Origin: an uncultured Bacteroidales bacterium
Lineage (GTDB): Bacteria > Bacteroidota > Bacteroidia > Bacteroidales > UBA932
Length of the DNA: 64,000 nucleotides
Reading direction: 5' to 3'
Assembly (NCBI GenBank): GCA_944323245.1
Contig: CALURT010000013.1
Span: forward strand, 274-64,273
Shown here piece by piece: positions 20,611 through 30,065 of the stretch (the stretch's first letter is position 1; each line of letters begins with the position of its first letter). The translations under genes were made by a program, and so were the position numbers. Under the pieces are notes generated by a model, which saw nothing but the letters and a program-made list of their open reading frames with translations, was not told where the DNA came from and searched no databases.

Positions 20611-22521
20611 ATGAGTCACACTCACGGAGACAGTCATTCTTCAAAATCCCGGTTGGTATGGGCTGCCCTGTCGCTCATCCTGCTTGCAGCGGGTACGGTA
20701 ATCGGCAGAACGGATTCCGGATGGTTCGAAAACAGGACCGTGGAAATTATATGGTATATTGCGGCCTTTCTGCCGGTCGGCCTCCCCGTAATGAAAGAGG
20801 GATGGGAAGAATGTCTGAAAAAGGATTTTTTCAATGAATTCGTACTGATGAGCATAGCTTCAGTCGGAGCTTTCTGCATAGGCGAATATCCGGAAGCCGT
20901 AGCGGTAATGCTGTTCTACAGCATAGGAGAGTCATTGCAGGGAATGGCCGTGGACAAGGCGACGCGCAATATCGGCGCTCTCCTTGATGTCAGGCCGGAA
21001 CGTGCGAGAGTCCTGAGAAACGGTGATTTCGTCGAAATCCCGCCTGAAGAGGCTGTTCCTGGAGACATAATAGGGCTCAGGCCCGGGGAAAGGGTACCTT
21101 TGGACGGAAAAATGGACGAAGGTGAAGCGATGTTCGACACGTCGGCCCTTACCGGAGAAAGTCTTCCCCGGAATATAAAGACAGGAGAAGAAGTACTGGC
21201 GGGAATGATAGTATGCGACAGGCCTGTCAGGATCATGGTCACCAAGCCGTACGACCAGAGCGCGTTGGCACGGATTCTCGACCTTGTCAGGGACGCTTCC
21301 GAAAGGAAGGCCCCGGCTGAACACTTCATCCGGAAATTCGCCCGTGTCTATACTCCGGCGGTAATCCTTCTGTCGGCACTTATAATATGTGTTCCGGCAG
21401 TCATCGGAGCGACAGTCCCTTCATTTGAGTACGATTTTCAGGAATGGCTGTACCGCGGACTCGTATTTCTCGTCATCTCATGTCCGTGCGCCCTCGTCAT
21501 CAGCATACCTCTCGGATATTTTGCCGGAATAGGCGCAGCTTCCCGCAGAGGCATCCTCTTCAAGGGAGGCAACTATCTCGATGCGATCACGAAAGTGACG
21601 GATGTGGCTTTCGACAAGACAGGCACGCTGACCACGGGCAGATTCCATGTCTCGGCAGTCGTACACGAACCTCATGTCAGCGAGGAAAAACTGCTCGGGA
21701 CAATGGCTTCGGCTGAAGGAAAAAGCAATCATCCCCTTGCCAAGGCAATTGCGGAACATGCGGAAAGGCGCAATATCATGACGACCGGACCCTCCTCCGT
21801 CACGGAAATACCGGGATACGGGATAGAAGCGTCTGTCGGAGGGGAAAACGTCCTTGTCGGAAACGGCGCACTTTTGGAAAAACACGGGATTCCTGTCCCC
21901 GGAGCAGGCATAGCAAGCGGCGTGACTGCGATATACTGTGCCATTGACGGTCGGTTCGCAGGATATGTTCTGCTCGCAGATACTCTGAAGGAAGATGCCA
22001 AGGCTGCCGTTGCCGGTCTCAGGGCGGCAGGCGTGGAAAACCTGTGCATGCTGTCGGGAGACAGGCAGGAAACCGTCAGAGCCTATGCTGAAGAACTCGG
22101 ACTTACGGAAGCGCACGGGGAAATGCTGCCGGAAGACAAGGCCGCATACGTGGAAGGTCTGTCCCGCTCCGGCGGACACACTGTAGCATTCGTGGGTGAC
22201 GGGATGAACGATGCTCCGGTACTTGCCGTCAGCGACATCGGAATCGCCATGGGAGGTCTCGGCTCCGATGCCGCCATAGAAAGCGCAGACATAGTGATAC
22301 AGACCGACAGTCCGTCGAAAATCGTCACCGCATTGGCGATAGGCCGGTACACAAGGAGAATCGTGATACAGAACATCGTCGGCGCAATATCAATTAAAAT
22401 GATTATTTTGCTTGCGGGTGCGTTCGGTTTTGTATCTTTGTGGGCGGCCGTGTTCGCTGACGTCGGCGTCGCCCTGTTGGCCGTCATGAACTCGATGCGG
22501 ATCATGGCCAAGAAGTTTTGA
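20611..22521 (+). CDS. Heavy-metal (Zn/Cd/Co-type) P1B ATPase
   Basis: His-rich N-terminus [29 protein letters not shown]. Confidence 0.88.
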   Translation: MSHTHGDSHSSKSRLVWAALSLILLAAGTVIGRTDSGWFENRTVEIIWYIAAFLPVGLPVMKEGWEECLKKDFFNEFVLMSIASVGAFCIGEYPEAVAVMLFYSIGESLQGMAVDKATRNIGALLDVRPERARVLRNGDFVEIPPEEAVPGDIIGLRPGERVPLDGKMDEGEAMFDTSALTGESLPRNIKTGEEVLAGMIVCDRPVRIMVTKPYDQSALARILDLVRDASERKAPAEHFIRKFARVYTPAVILLSALIICVPAVIGATVPSFEYDFQEWLYRGLVFLVISCPCALVISIPLGYFAGIGAASRRGILFKGGNYLDAITKVTDVAFDKTGTLTTGRFHVSAVVHEPHVSEEKLLGTMASAEGKSNHPLAKAIAEHAERRNIMTTGPSSVTEIPGYGIEASVGGENVLVGNGALLEKHGIPVPGAGIASGVTAIYCAIDGRFAGYVLLADTLKEDAKAAVAGLRAAGVENLCMLSGDRQETVRAYAEELGLTEAHGEMLPEDKAAYVEGLSRSGGHTVAFVGDGMNDAPVLAVSDIGIAMGGLGSDAAIESADIVIQTDSPSKIVTALAIGRYTRRIVIQNIVGAISIKMIILLAGAFGFVSLWAAVFADVGVALLAVMNSMRIMAKKF

Positions 22522-22558
22522 CCAAGGGATTATATTCGTCAGACCGCCATTATTGACA

Positions 22559-25033
22559 ATGAAGAAAACAGAAATATTTCCGGTAACAGGCATGAGCTGT
22601 GCGGCTTGCGCAGCCCGTGTGGGCAAAACGCTTCAGCAGCAGAAAGGAGTCGAAGATGCCAACGTCAATTATGCATCCGCTTCCGTACGCGTGACATACG
22701 ACACGTCCGTCTGTAGTGCCGAAAACCTGAAGACAGCCGTGCAGAATGCAGGATACGACCTCATAACGGAAGAAAAGCCGGGAGAAAATCCTGCGGAAGA
22801 AGCAGCCCGGAAAAATTACCGCCAGCTCGTAAGACAGACGACAGCATCAGTCGTGCTTGCCGTACCGGTAGTCATCCTGAGCATGTTGTTCATGGACTCC
22901 GAACCCGTAAAATACATAGTCTGGGCCCTCTCCACCGTAGTGGTATTTCTTTTCGGCAGAAGATTCTACATAAACGCATGGAGGCAGCTCAGGCACGGCT
23001 CCGCCAATATGGACACATTGGTCGCATCGAGTACCGGCATAGCCTATCTTTTCAGCCTTTTCAATCTGTTTTTCCCTGAATTCTGGATCTCAAGAGGCAT
23101 GGAACCCCACCTTTATTTCGAATCCTCCGCAGTCATCATTGCCTTCATACTCTTGGGCAGGACATTGGAAGACAGGGCGAAACGGAAAACTTCCACCGCC
23201 ATCAGAAGTCTGATGGGACTGCAGCCGAAAACCGTCACGTTAATCACGGAATCCGGAGAAAAGACCGTCCCTGTGGAAAGCACAATGGCAGGAGACATCA
23301 TCCTCGTCAGGCCGGGAGAAAGAATTGCCGTTGACGGGAGCGTAGTTTCAGGAGAATCATACGTGGATGAAAGCATGCTGACGGGAGAACCTCTGCCGGC
23401 CTTCAAGAAGAGCGGAGATGCGGTATTTGCAGGGACAGTAAACCAGAAGGGAGGTTTCAGGTTCAGGGCCGAAAAGACAGGTCAGGATACCATGCTTGCA
23501 CAGATAATCCGCATGGTACAGGATGCCCAAGGGAGCAAGGTACCGGTCCAGCAGCTTGCCGACAGGATTTCCGCAGTCTTCGTTCCGGTGATAATGTCAA
23601 TAGCCGTCATCGTCTTTTTCGCTTGGTGGATTTTCGCTCCGGAAGAAGGGTTGGCACACGGCATTTCATCGATGATTACCGTATTGATAATCGCCTGCCC
23701 GTGCGCTTTGGGGCTTGCCACACCTACAGCAATTATCGTGGGTATCGGCAAGGGGGCTGAAAACGGAATCCTCATCAAGGATGCGTCGGCATTGGAAACG
23801 GCAAGGAAGGTCGATACCATAGTGATGGACAAGACAGGGACTGTTACCGAAGGTCATCCAGCCCTTGTCGGGTTGTACTGGAGACGGGATACGCCTGCAC
23901 TCCGCTCTGTCCTGCTGAGTTTGGAAAAACTTTCCGGCCATCCCGTGGGTGAAGCGGTGGCAAAAGCCTTAGGTGACGAAAAAACTGTGGATATAACCGG
24001 ATTTGAAACCGTCCCGGGCAGAGGCGTCTGCGGAATGGCAAACGGAGAAAAATATTTTGCCGGCAACCGGGAAATGCTCGTCGAAAACGGAATTGCAATC
24101 CCGTCCGACATCGAAAAGAAGGCTTCGCAGTGGATTGAAGAGGGAAAGACGGTGGTCTGGTTTTCCGACTCGTCGGAAGCAGTGGCAGCGGCAGCCGTGT
24201 CCGACAGGATAAAGGAATCTTCAGCAAAAGCCGTGGAAACCCTCGGACAGATGGGCATCAAGGTCTGCATGCTGACCGGAGACAATGAACGTTCGGCTGC
24301 AGCCACAGCACGGGAAACCGGTATTCATGAATATGTGGCGGGGATGCTCCCGCAGGACAAGGCCTTGTTTATCAAAAAACTGCAGGCAGAAGGACATTGC
24401 GTCGGAATGATCGGAGACGGGATAAACGACAGCGCCGCATTGGCCCAGGCCGACCTGAGCATCGCCATGGGCAAAGGGAGTGACATAGCCATGGAGACGG
24501 CCATGATTACAATACTTTCTTCCGACCTCATGAAAATTCCGGATACTGTCAGACTGTCACGGCTTACATTGAGAACGATCCACCAGAACCTGTTCTGGGC
24601 ATTCATATACAATATCATTGCCGTACCGATAGCCGCCGGTGTCCTCTATCCGTTGAACGGATTTCTTCTGAATCCGATGATAGGAGGCGCAGCCATGGCA
24701 TTCAGCAGCGTCAGTGTGGTAACGAACAGTCTCAGACTCAAGGGAAAGAAACTGCACGCCGGCAAATGTTCCGGACGTCAGGATACCTCTGTACAGGAAA
24801 CAATATTGAAAAAGGATAACAAGATGAAAAAGGAATTCAAGGTAGACGGCATGATGTGCAATCACTGCCGCACACACGTGGAAAACGCCCTCAACAGCAT
24901 GGAAGGCGTCTCGGCAACAGTAACTTTGGACCCTCCGGTGGCAACCGTGGAAGCTGACCGGGAAATCAGTACGGCAGAACTTCAGTCTGTAATATCCGAA
25001 AAAGCCGGGGACTATACCATACATGAAATCTGA
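22559..25033 (+). CDS. copA: Copper-translocating P1B ATPase with N- and C-terminal HMA domains
   Basis: [27 protein letters not shown] and MAFSS Cu(I) motifs, C-terminal GMMCNHC. Confidence 0.9.
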   Translation: MKKTEIFPVTGMSCAACAARVGKTLQQQKGVEDANVNYASASVRVTYDTSVCSAENLKTAVQNAGYDLITEEKPGENPAEEAARKNYRQLVRQTTASVVLAVPVVILSMLFMDSEPVKYIVWALSTVVVFLFGRRFYINAWRQLRHGSANMDTLVASSTGIAYLFSLFNLFFPEFWISRGMEPHLYFESSAVIIAFILLGRTLEDRAKRKTSTAIRSLMGLQPKTVTLITESGEKTVPVESTMAGDIILVRPGERIAVDGSVVSGESYVDESMLTGEPLPAFKKSGDAVFAGTVNQKGGFRFRAEKTGQDTMLAQIIRMVQDAQGSKVPVQQLADRISAVFVPVIMSIAVIVFFAWWIFAPEEGLAHGISSMITVLIIACPCALGLATPTAIIVGIGKGAENGILIKDASALETARKVDTIVMDKTGTVTEGHPALVGLYWRRDTPALRSVLLSLEKLSGHPVGEAVAKALGDEKTVDITGFETVPGRGVCGMANGEKYFAGNREMLVENGIAIPSDIEKKASQWIEEGKTVVWFSDSSEAVAAAAVSDRIKESSAKAVETLGQMGIKVCMLTGDNERSAAATARETGIHEYVAGMLPQDKALFIKKLQAEGHCVGMIGDGINDSAALAQADLSIAMGKGSDIAMETAMITILSSDLMKIPDTVRLSRLTLRTIHQNLFWAFIYNIIAVPIAAGVLYPLNGFLLNPMIGGAAMAFSSVSVVTNSLRLKGKKLHAGKCSGRQDTSVQETILKKDNKMKKEFKVDGMMCNHCRTHVENALNSMEGVSATVTLDPPVATVEADREISTAELQSVISEKAGDYTIHEI

Positions 25034-25457
25034 TTCCATGGACGACAGAAACGAAAGCCTGATTTTAGAGAGGAAAGGCGTCAGGCCTACCGCCAACAGA
25101 ATCCTTGTACTTAGGGCCATACGTTCCCAGTCAAGGCCTGTATCGCTGACAGAACTGACGGAAATAATGGAAACCGTGGACAAGTCCAGCATTTTCAGGG
25201 TGCTGGGCCAGTTCGTGGAACATCATGTCGTGCATACCATCGAAGACGGCAACGGCATATTGAAATACGAAATATGCGACGGCGAAGACGACTGCACCTT
25301 GGACGACATGCACGCCCATTTTTATTGCGAAATCTGCCACCGCACATTCTGTTTCAAGACTACGCCGATACCGGAAATAGAACTCCCGGACGGATTCACA
25401 GCAGAATCCGTCACCTACATGGTCAAGGGAATCTGCCCGCATTGTTCGCGGGCATAA
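25023..25457 (+). CDS. Fur family metal-responsive regulator
   Basis: wHTH RPTANR...[15 protein letters not shown] and CPHC zinc sites. Confidence 0.85.
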   Translation: MKSDSMDDRNESLILERKGVRPTANRILVLRAIRSQSRPVSLTELTEIMETVDKSSIFRVLGQFVEHHVVHTIEDGNGILKYEICDGEDDCTLDDMHAHFYCEICHRTFCFKTTPIPEIELPDGFTAESVTYMVKGICPHCSRA

Positions 25458-25516
25458 CGCTACATTGCCGAAAAGATTTTTCCGTGGAATCATCATTGTT
25501 TCCGCCAATATTTTTG

Positions 25517-25524
25517 TATCTTTG
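25517..25524 (+). promoter_or_regulatory. Bacteroidota housekeeping -7 promoter box upstream of kinase operon
   Basis: TATCTTTG matches TAnnTTTG, 35 nt before ATG 25559. Confidence 0.6.
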
Positions 25525-25558
25525 TCAGAATTGGGAAAACAACTAAACCACAACTGAT

Positions 25559-26230
25559 ATGAGATGTAAAAACTGCGGTTGGGAAAATGAATCCGGCAGT
25601 ACAAAATGCGAAAAATGCAATGCTCCCCTTTCCGACCCGGCAACGGCCCAATACGAAAACAGATCATTCGGTTCTTCTGAGAACGTAAACCTTAAAGGTA
25701 CAGTTTCGGAAGACAGTTTCTTCGGCAACAGACCAGCATCCGGGGGGGGCAATTTTCATGAATCCGGCAAATGCCGCAAATGCGGCTATCCTTTGGCACA
25801 TGGCATGACCGTATGCCCGATGTGCGGGACACCAACCGGGAACAACACCAATCACGACTTCAACAGGGGCTACGACTCCGGCCCTTCAAACCAAGCATCC
25901 CCATCAAGACAAGGGACTGTAAATCCGTGGGCTGCTCCCAATTCCGGAGCATCCTGCTCCTTGAAACCATTGGCGTGGGACAATGAGGGCGAACACGAAG
26001 CAATGCGTCTGTCCGGGGACAGGATTATCCTCAACAGGGCGAATACTGACCCTGCCAACAATACGATTACTTCTGGAGAACAGGCCGAACTGACTTTCGA
26101 AAACGGAGCCTGGTATATCTGCGACAAGAGCTATCAGAAGACGACATACGTCCATGCCGGCCACAAGATGAAACTCGAAAAGGGTGACATCATAATCCTC
26201 GGGAACAGACGGTTCGAATTCAATTCCTGA
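25559..26230 (+). CDS. Zinc-ribbon + FHA domain protein
   Basis: Four CxxC pairs (CKNC, CEKC, CRKC, CPMC); C-terminal FHA-like region ILNR...TYV...LEKGDIIILGNRRF. Confidence 0.75.
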   Translation: MRCKNCGWENESGSTKCEKCNAPLSDPATAQYENRSFGSSENVNLKGTVSEDSFFGNRPASGGGNFHESGKCRKCGYPLAHGMTVCPMCGTPTGNNTNHDFNRGYDSGPSNQASPSRQGTVNPWAAPNSGASCSLKPLAWDNEGEHEAMRLSGDRIILNRANTDPANNTITSGEQAELTFENGAWYICDKSYQKTTYVHAGHKMKLEKGDIIILGNRRFEFNS

Positions 26231-26236
26231 TTTGCC

Positions 26237-27520
26237 ATGCCGGAATATGACATAGCGGAAAGGTGTGAATTCCATTGCGGGGACACCCTTGACGGCAAAT
26301 ACAGGATAGAACGTCTGTTGGGAGAAGGTTCTTTCGGGACTGTCTACAAGGTAAGCGACGCCGGCGGCAATGAATATGCTGCCAAACTGCTGAAATTGTG
26401 GGCCGTAATGCCTGAAATATCCAAAAACCTCCGGGACAGGTTCACGATGGAGTTCGAGACCGGACGGATAAAAAGCGACAACCTTGTACATTCCCATTCC
26501 TACGGCGAAGTAAAAGGCAATCCGTACATTGTGATGGAGTATTGCCCGAACGGTGATTTGCGCCACTATGCCTCCTCGCACCACGTAGACTATGTCCGTG
26601 TCGGGAAACAGGTCCTGAGAGGCTTGGGCGACCTGCACGGCTGCGGCAAGGTACATAGAGACCTGAAGCCGGAAAATGTCCTGCTCCGCAGGGACAATAC
26701 CGCCGTTCTGACGGATTTCGGAATTTCCGGAGACAGGAACAAGCGCATGACCGAGCGAGGCTGGATAGGCAAGCCGCAGCAGATATTCGGGACATATCCC
26801 TACATGCCTCCGGAACAGGTAAACCCTCCGAGAGGTGGCCAGGCTACGGTATTGCCGACCACAGACATTTTCTCTTTCGGAGTCATGATGTATGAACTCC
26901 TTGTCGGGGATCTGCCTTTCGGCGAACTGAATGAAGATACCCTGCACACCTATCTTGCAAACGGCAAGACGGGTAAATGGGACAGGGATGCCCTGCGGAA
27001 AGCCGACAGGTCGGGAGTATGGCTTCCGGTCATTGAAGGCTGCCTTGTCCCGGACTTCAAGAAAAGGCTTCAGAGCACGGAAGAAATCATAAGGATGTTG
27101 CCATGCGATCCCGAAGCATACCGTCAGGAACCTGTGTACAGGTCTTTCATGAATGTCCGCACCGGCATTCTGTTAAGAGTGATGCAGGGAGAGGAATACG
27201 GCAAGGTCTACTGTCTTGACAGCCTGCTGCATGGGAACAGGATTCTGACAGTCGGACGTATGGACCGATCCGTAAGGAATTCCATTCCCGTACAGGAAAC
27301 CGGAAGCGCATACGTATCACGCATGCACTGCACACTTGAAAAGGACGGCACGACAGGGAAATGGTTCATCAGGGACGGGCAATGGGACGGGAACTGGTGG
27401 AAACCGTCCCTCAACGGGACTTACGTCAACTCGACCGAAGTCGGTGAATCCGGAATGCCGGTAAAGCCGGGGGACATCATCTCAATCGGCGACGTGAAAC
27501 TACGTGTAGAAGGATATTAA
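26237..27520 (+). CDS. Hanks-type Ser/Thr protein kinase with C-terminal FHA domain (soluble)
   Basis: LGEGSFGTVY, YAAK, HRDLKPEN, DFG, YMPPE; FHA motifs VGR, VSRMH, NGTYVN. Confidence 0.9.
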   Translation: MPEYDIAERCEFHCGDTLDGKYRIERLLGEGSFGTVYKVSDAGGNEYAAKLLKLWAVMPEISKNLRDRFTMEFETGRIKSDNLVHSHSYGEVKGNPYIVMEYCPNGDLRHYASSHHVDYVRVGKQVLRGLGDLHGCGKVHRDLKPENVLLRRDNTAVLTDFGISGDRNKRMTERGWIGKPQQIFGTYPYMPPEQVNPPRGGQATVLPTTDIFSFGVMMYELLVGDLPFGELNEDTLHTYLANGKTGKWDRDALRKADRSGVWLPVIEGCLVPDFKKRLQSTEEIIRMLPCDPEAYRQEPVYRSFMNVRTGILLRVMQGEEYGKVYCLDSLLHGNRILTVGRMDRSVRNSIPVQETGSAYVSRMHCTLEKDGTTGKWFIRDGQWDGNWWKPSLNGTYVNSTEVGESGMPVKPGDIISIGDVKLRVEGY

Positions 27521-27534
27521 TCAAAGTAATTTAT

Positions 27535-28425
27535 ATGGTCATTATGGTCAGAAGAATTGTCATTCAGATACTTTTCATGCTGCTCTGCACGGCGGTGCCT
27601 GTCCTTGCGCAGGACTGCTACAAATTTACCCGCACGCAGGCGATTTCATATTACGAAAAGGGAGAGTACCGTATTGCACGCGACCAATTCATTGCAGCAA
27701 AGGACTGTCCCGACAAACCTGAGGATAACGACCTCGACTCGTGGATAGCCAGATGCGACTCCGCAATCGCCGAAATTGGGCGAAAAGCCGAAGCGGAACG
27801 GCAACGCCGCATCGAGGAAGAACGGATAAAGGCAGAGGAGCGAAAGAGGGAGGAACAGGCCCGCATTGCCGAAGAGAAACGGCTTGCCGAGGAAAAGAAG
27901 CGTGAGGAAGAACGGAGACAGCAGGAAATCAGGGACAGTATAGCAAGGTACAGTTTGACTGAAACCCAAATGGTCCTGTACCCGTTCGGAGTGCTTACGG
28001 ACAAAACGGAAACCCTTACTATTGCGGATGTGCTGAGCGGATTGGAGTCTGTATTTGCCGGAAATGTCAGCAAATATCAAAGTTCTGTATTCCTTTACGG
28101 CATATCTCCTTATTTCTATAAAGGATTTTCCGACAAAATAATCGCCACATGTTATTTTTCCGAAGGAAAAGTTTCCCTATATTCATACGACCTCACATTC
28201 CTCAAGTCAGAATATTCCCAAAAGGAAGTGCTGGACATGGCAAATGAATTTGCCGCCGCTCTGACTGCAGCAGGAGCTGAAATGTCCGTGGTTGAACCGA
28301 TTGGAACAGAGTCTTTGCGAATTGAAGGAGAATTTGCCGGAAAAACAATATGGATTAATTCCTCAGAGTGTTCTTATGTCCAAAAATTCGACAGCTGGTA
28401 TTTTAGAGTGACTTGTCTCCAATGA
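27535..28425 (+). CDS. Secreted protein with TPR-like helices, E/R/K coiled coil and unknown C-terminal domain
   Basis: Signal peptide ending VLA-Q, YYEKGEY...AKDCPDKP...WIARC, long charged helix. Confidence 0.65.
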   Translation: MVIMVRRIVIQILFMLLCTAVPVLAQDCYKFTRTQAISYYEKGEYRIARDQFIAAKDCPDKPEDNDLDSWIARCDSAIAEIGRKAEAERQRRIEEERIKAEERKREEQARIAEEKRLAEEKKREEERRQQEIRDSIARYSLTETQMVLYPFGVLTDKTETLTIADVLSGLESVFAGNVSKYQSSVFLYGISPYFYKGFSDKIIATCYFSEGKVSLYSYDLTFLKSEYSQKEVLDMANEFAAALTAAGAEMSVVEPIGTESLRIEGEFAGKTIWINSSECSYVQKFDSWYFRVTCLQ

Positions 28426-28462
28426 TTCTCACCTGTAAATACATGAATATATAGACAAAGCG

Positions 28463-29397
28463 AACTATGGAACTGCAACCCGGAACATTGTTCAACGACC
28501 GCTACCGCCTTATCAGGGAAATCAGCCGGGGCTCGTTCGGCGAGGTCTGGCTCGCCCAGGACGAACGCCTCGACCTCGAAGTGGCGGTAAAAGTGTACAT
28601 CGCCCTCGACAGCAGAGGAATCGAGGAGTTCAAGACCGAGTACAAGGTCGCATATACTCTAAACCATCCGAACCTTCTCCATGCACATCATTTCGATGTC
28701 TGCGGGAACAGGCCTTTCCTCGTGATGCCGTTCTGTCCCTCCTCGGCAGTCGCACATATCGGACAGACAGACGAACAGACAGCATGGAGGTTCATCATGG
28801 ATGTCGCTGCTGGTCTCGATTTCCTTCACGGGCAGAACATCGTACACAGGGATATAAAGCCCGACAACATCCTGTGCGATGCCGAAGGACATTTCCTCAT
28901 CACGGACTTCGGAATCAGCGTAAAGATGAAAAGCACATTGCGCAGGAACTCAACCCGCAAGATGGATACTAATGCCGCAGGGACTATCGGATACATGGCC
29001 CCGGAACTCTTTTCAGCGAATCCCGACGCAGTGATGGCCACTGACATCTGGGCTTTGGGGGCTTCACTTTATGAAATGATTACGGGAGAACTTCCGTTCA
29101 TGGGACAGGGAGGCGTAATGCAGCTCCACGGGGCAGAAGTCCCGGAACTGAAAGGGGATTTCTCCCAGGCCCTGAAGGAGACGCTCGCTGCATGTCTTGC
29201 AAAGGACCCGTGGGACAGGCCGACTGCCGATCGGCTCCACGAATTCGCCAAGGCCGTCCTCGATGGAGGCTGCCCCTCCGCCCCGTGGATAGAATCCGCA
29301 GCGAAAAAACGAGAGTCGAAAAGTACCGTCAAAACCTCTCGCCGGACCGTGAAACAGAATGCTCCGCAGCCTGTCCCCGCCGACCCAAACGCCACCC
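28463..29397 (+). repeat. Kinase-module direct repeat, copy 1 (partner 33775-34709)
   Basis: Near-identical DNA at constant offset 5312, with scattered mostly synonymous differences. Confidence 0.92.
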
Positions 29398-30041
29398 GGC
29401 CAGTCGGGGAACAATCGCAAAAACTGCTTCGGCAGAATGATTCTGACAGAAAAATCTGGGTACTGCTGATTATCAGCATAGGAATACTTGTATTCAATCA
29501 GTTGATACGCCTGTTCTCATACGAATATCCGATACTGCCGCAATGGGAACACGTTTTCCGACATGGTTACGGAGAGACAATTCTGATTCTTCCGGCATTG
29601 GCTGCATTGGTATTACTCACTGCCAGAGCCGTGCTTTTCTGCATGATATTCAGAAAAAGCAAAACCCCGCTACAAAAAATATCCGCAGCAACAGTAGCGA
29701 TAAGTATCATCTACGACGTGATCATCACCATTTGGCTTAACGCGTCAAAAGAAACGTTGGGGAATGAAATTTTAGGATTGCGTTTCCCGGTGTGGCTTTG
29801 GGCAGTGTCATTCATTTTAATGAATATCCGCACTTTGGGTATATGCATTCTGATCTGGTGCACAGGCAAAAACATTGCAGCTAAGATAACGGCAGGAATA
29901 TACCTGCTCCTGCTACTGGCTGACTTGGTCAATCATGACATCAGCAATTTGTATTACGTCACGGTACATTCCATTGCATTAATTTCCATGGTTATAATAT
30001 ACAATATCTACATGAAATCAGCAATGCTTCCAAAACAATAG
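28467..30041 (+). CDS. Membrane Ser/Thr protein kinase A (kinase + multi-TM tail)
   Basis: SRGSFGEVW, VAVK, HRDIKPDN, DFG, GTIGYMAPE; about six hydrophobic segments after aa ~330. Confidence 0.9.
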   Translation: MELQPGTLFNDRYRLIREISRGSFGEVWLAQDERLDLEVAVKVYIALDSRGIEEFKTEYKVAYTLNHPNLLHAHHFDVCGNRPFLVMPFCPSSAVAHIGQTDEQTAWRFIMDVAAGLDFLHGQNIVHRDIKPDNILCDAEGHFLITDFGISVKMKSTLRRNSTRKMDTNAAGTIGYMAPELFSANPDAVMATDIWALGASLYEMITGELPFMGQGGVMQLHGAEVPELKGDFSQALKETLAACLAKDPWDRPTADRLHEFAKAVLDGGCPSAPWIESAAKKRESKSTVKTSRRTVKQNAPQPVPADPNATRPVGEQSQKLLRQNDSDRKIWVLLIISIGILVFNQLIRLFSYEYPILPQWEHVFRHGYGETILILPALAALVLLTARAVLFCMIFRKSKTPLQKISAATVAISIIYDVIITIWLNASKETLGNEILGLRFPVWLWAVSFILMNIRTLGICILIWCTGKNIAAKITAGIYLLLLLADLVNHDISNLYYVTVHSIALISMVIIYNIYMKSAMLPKQ

Positions 30042-30065
30042 ACAACAAAGAAAACAGATAACATC

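Noticed and set aside
24841-25033. C-terminal HMA domain on CopA as a novel fusion
   Set aside because: A trailing CopZ-like domain is, to my knowledge, common in Bacteroidales CopA proteins.
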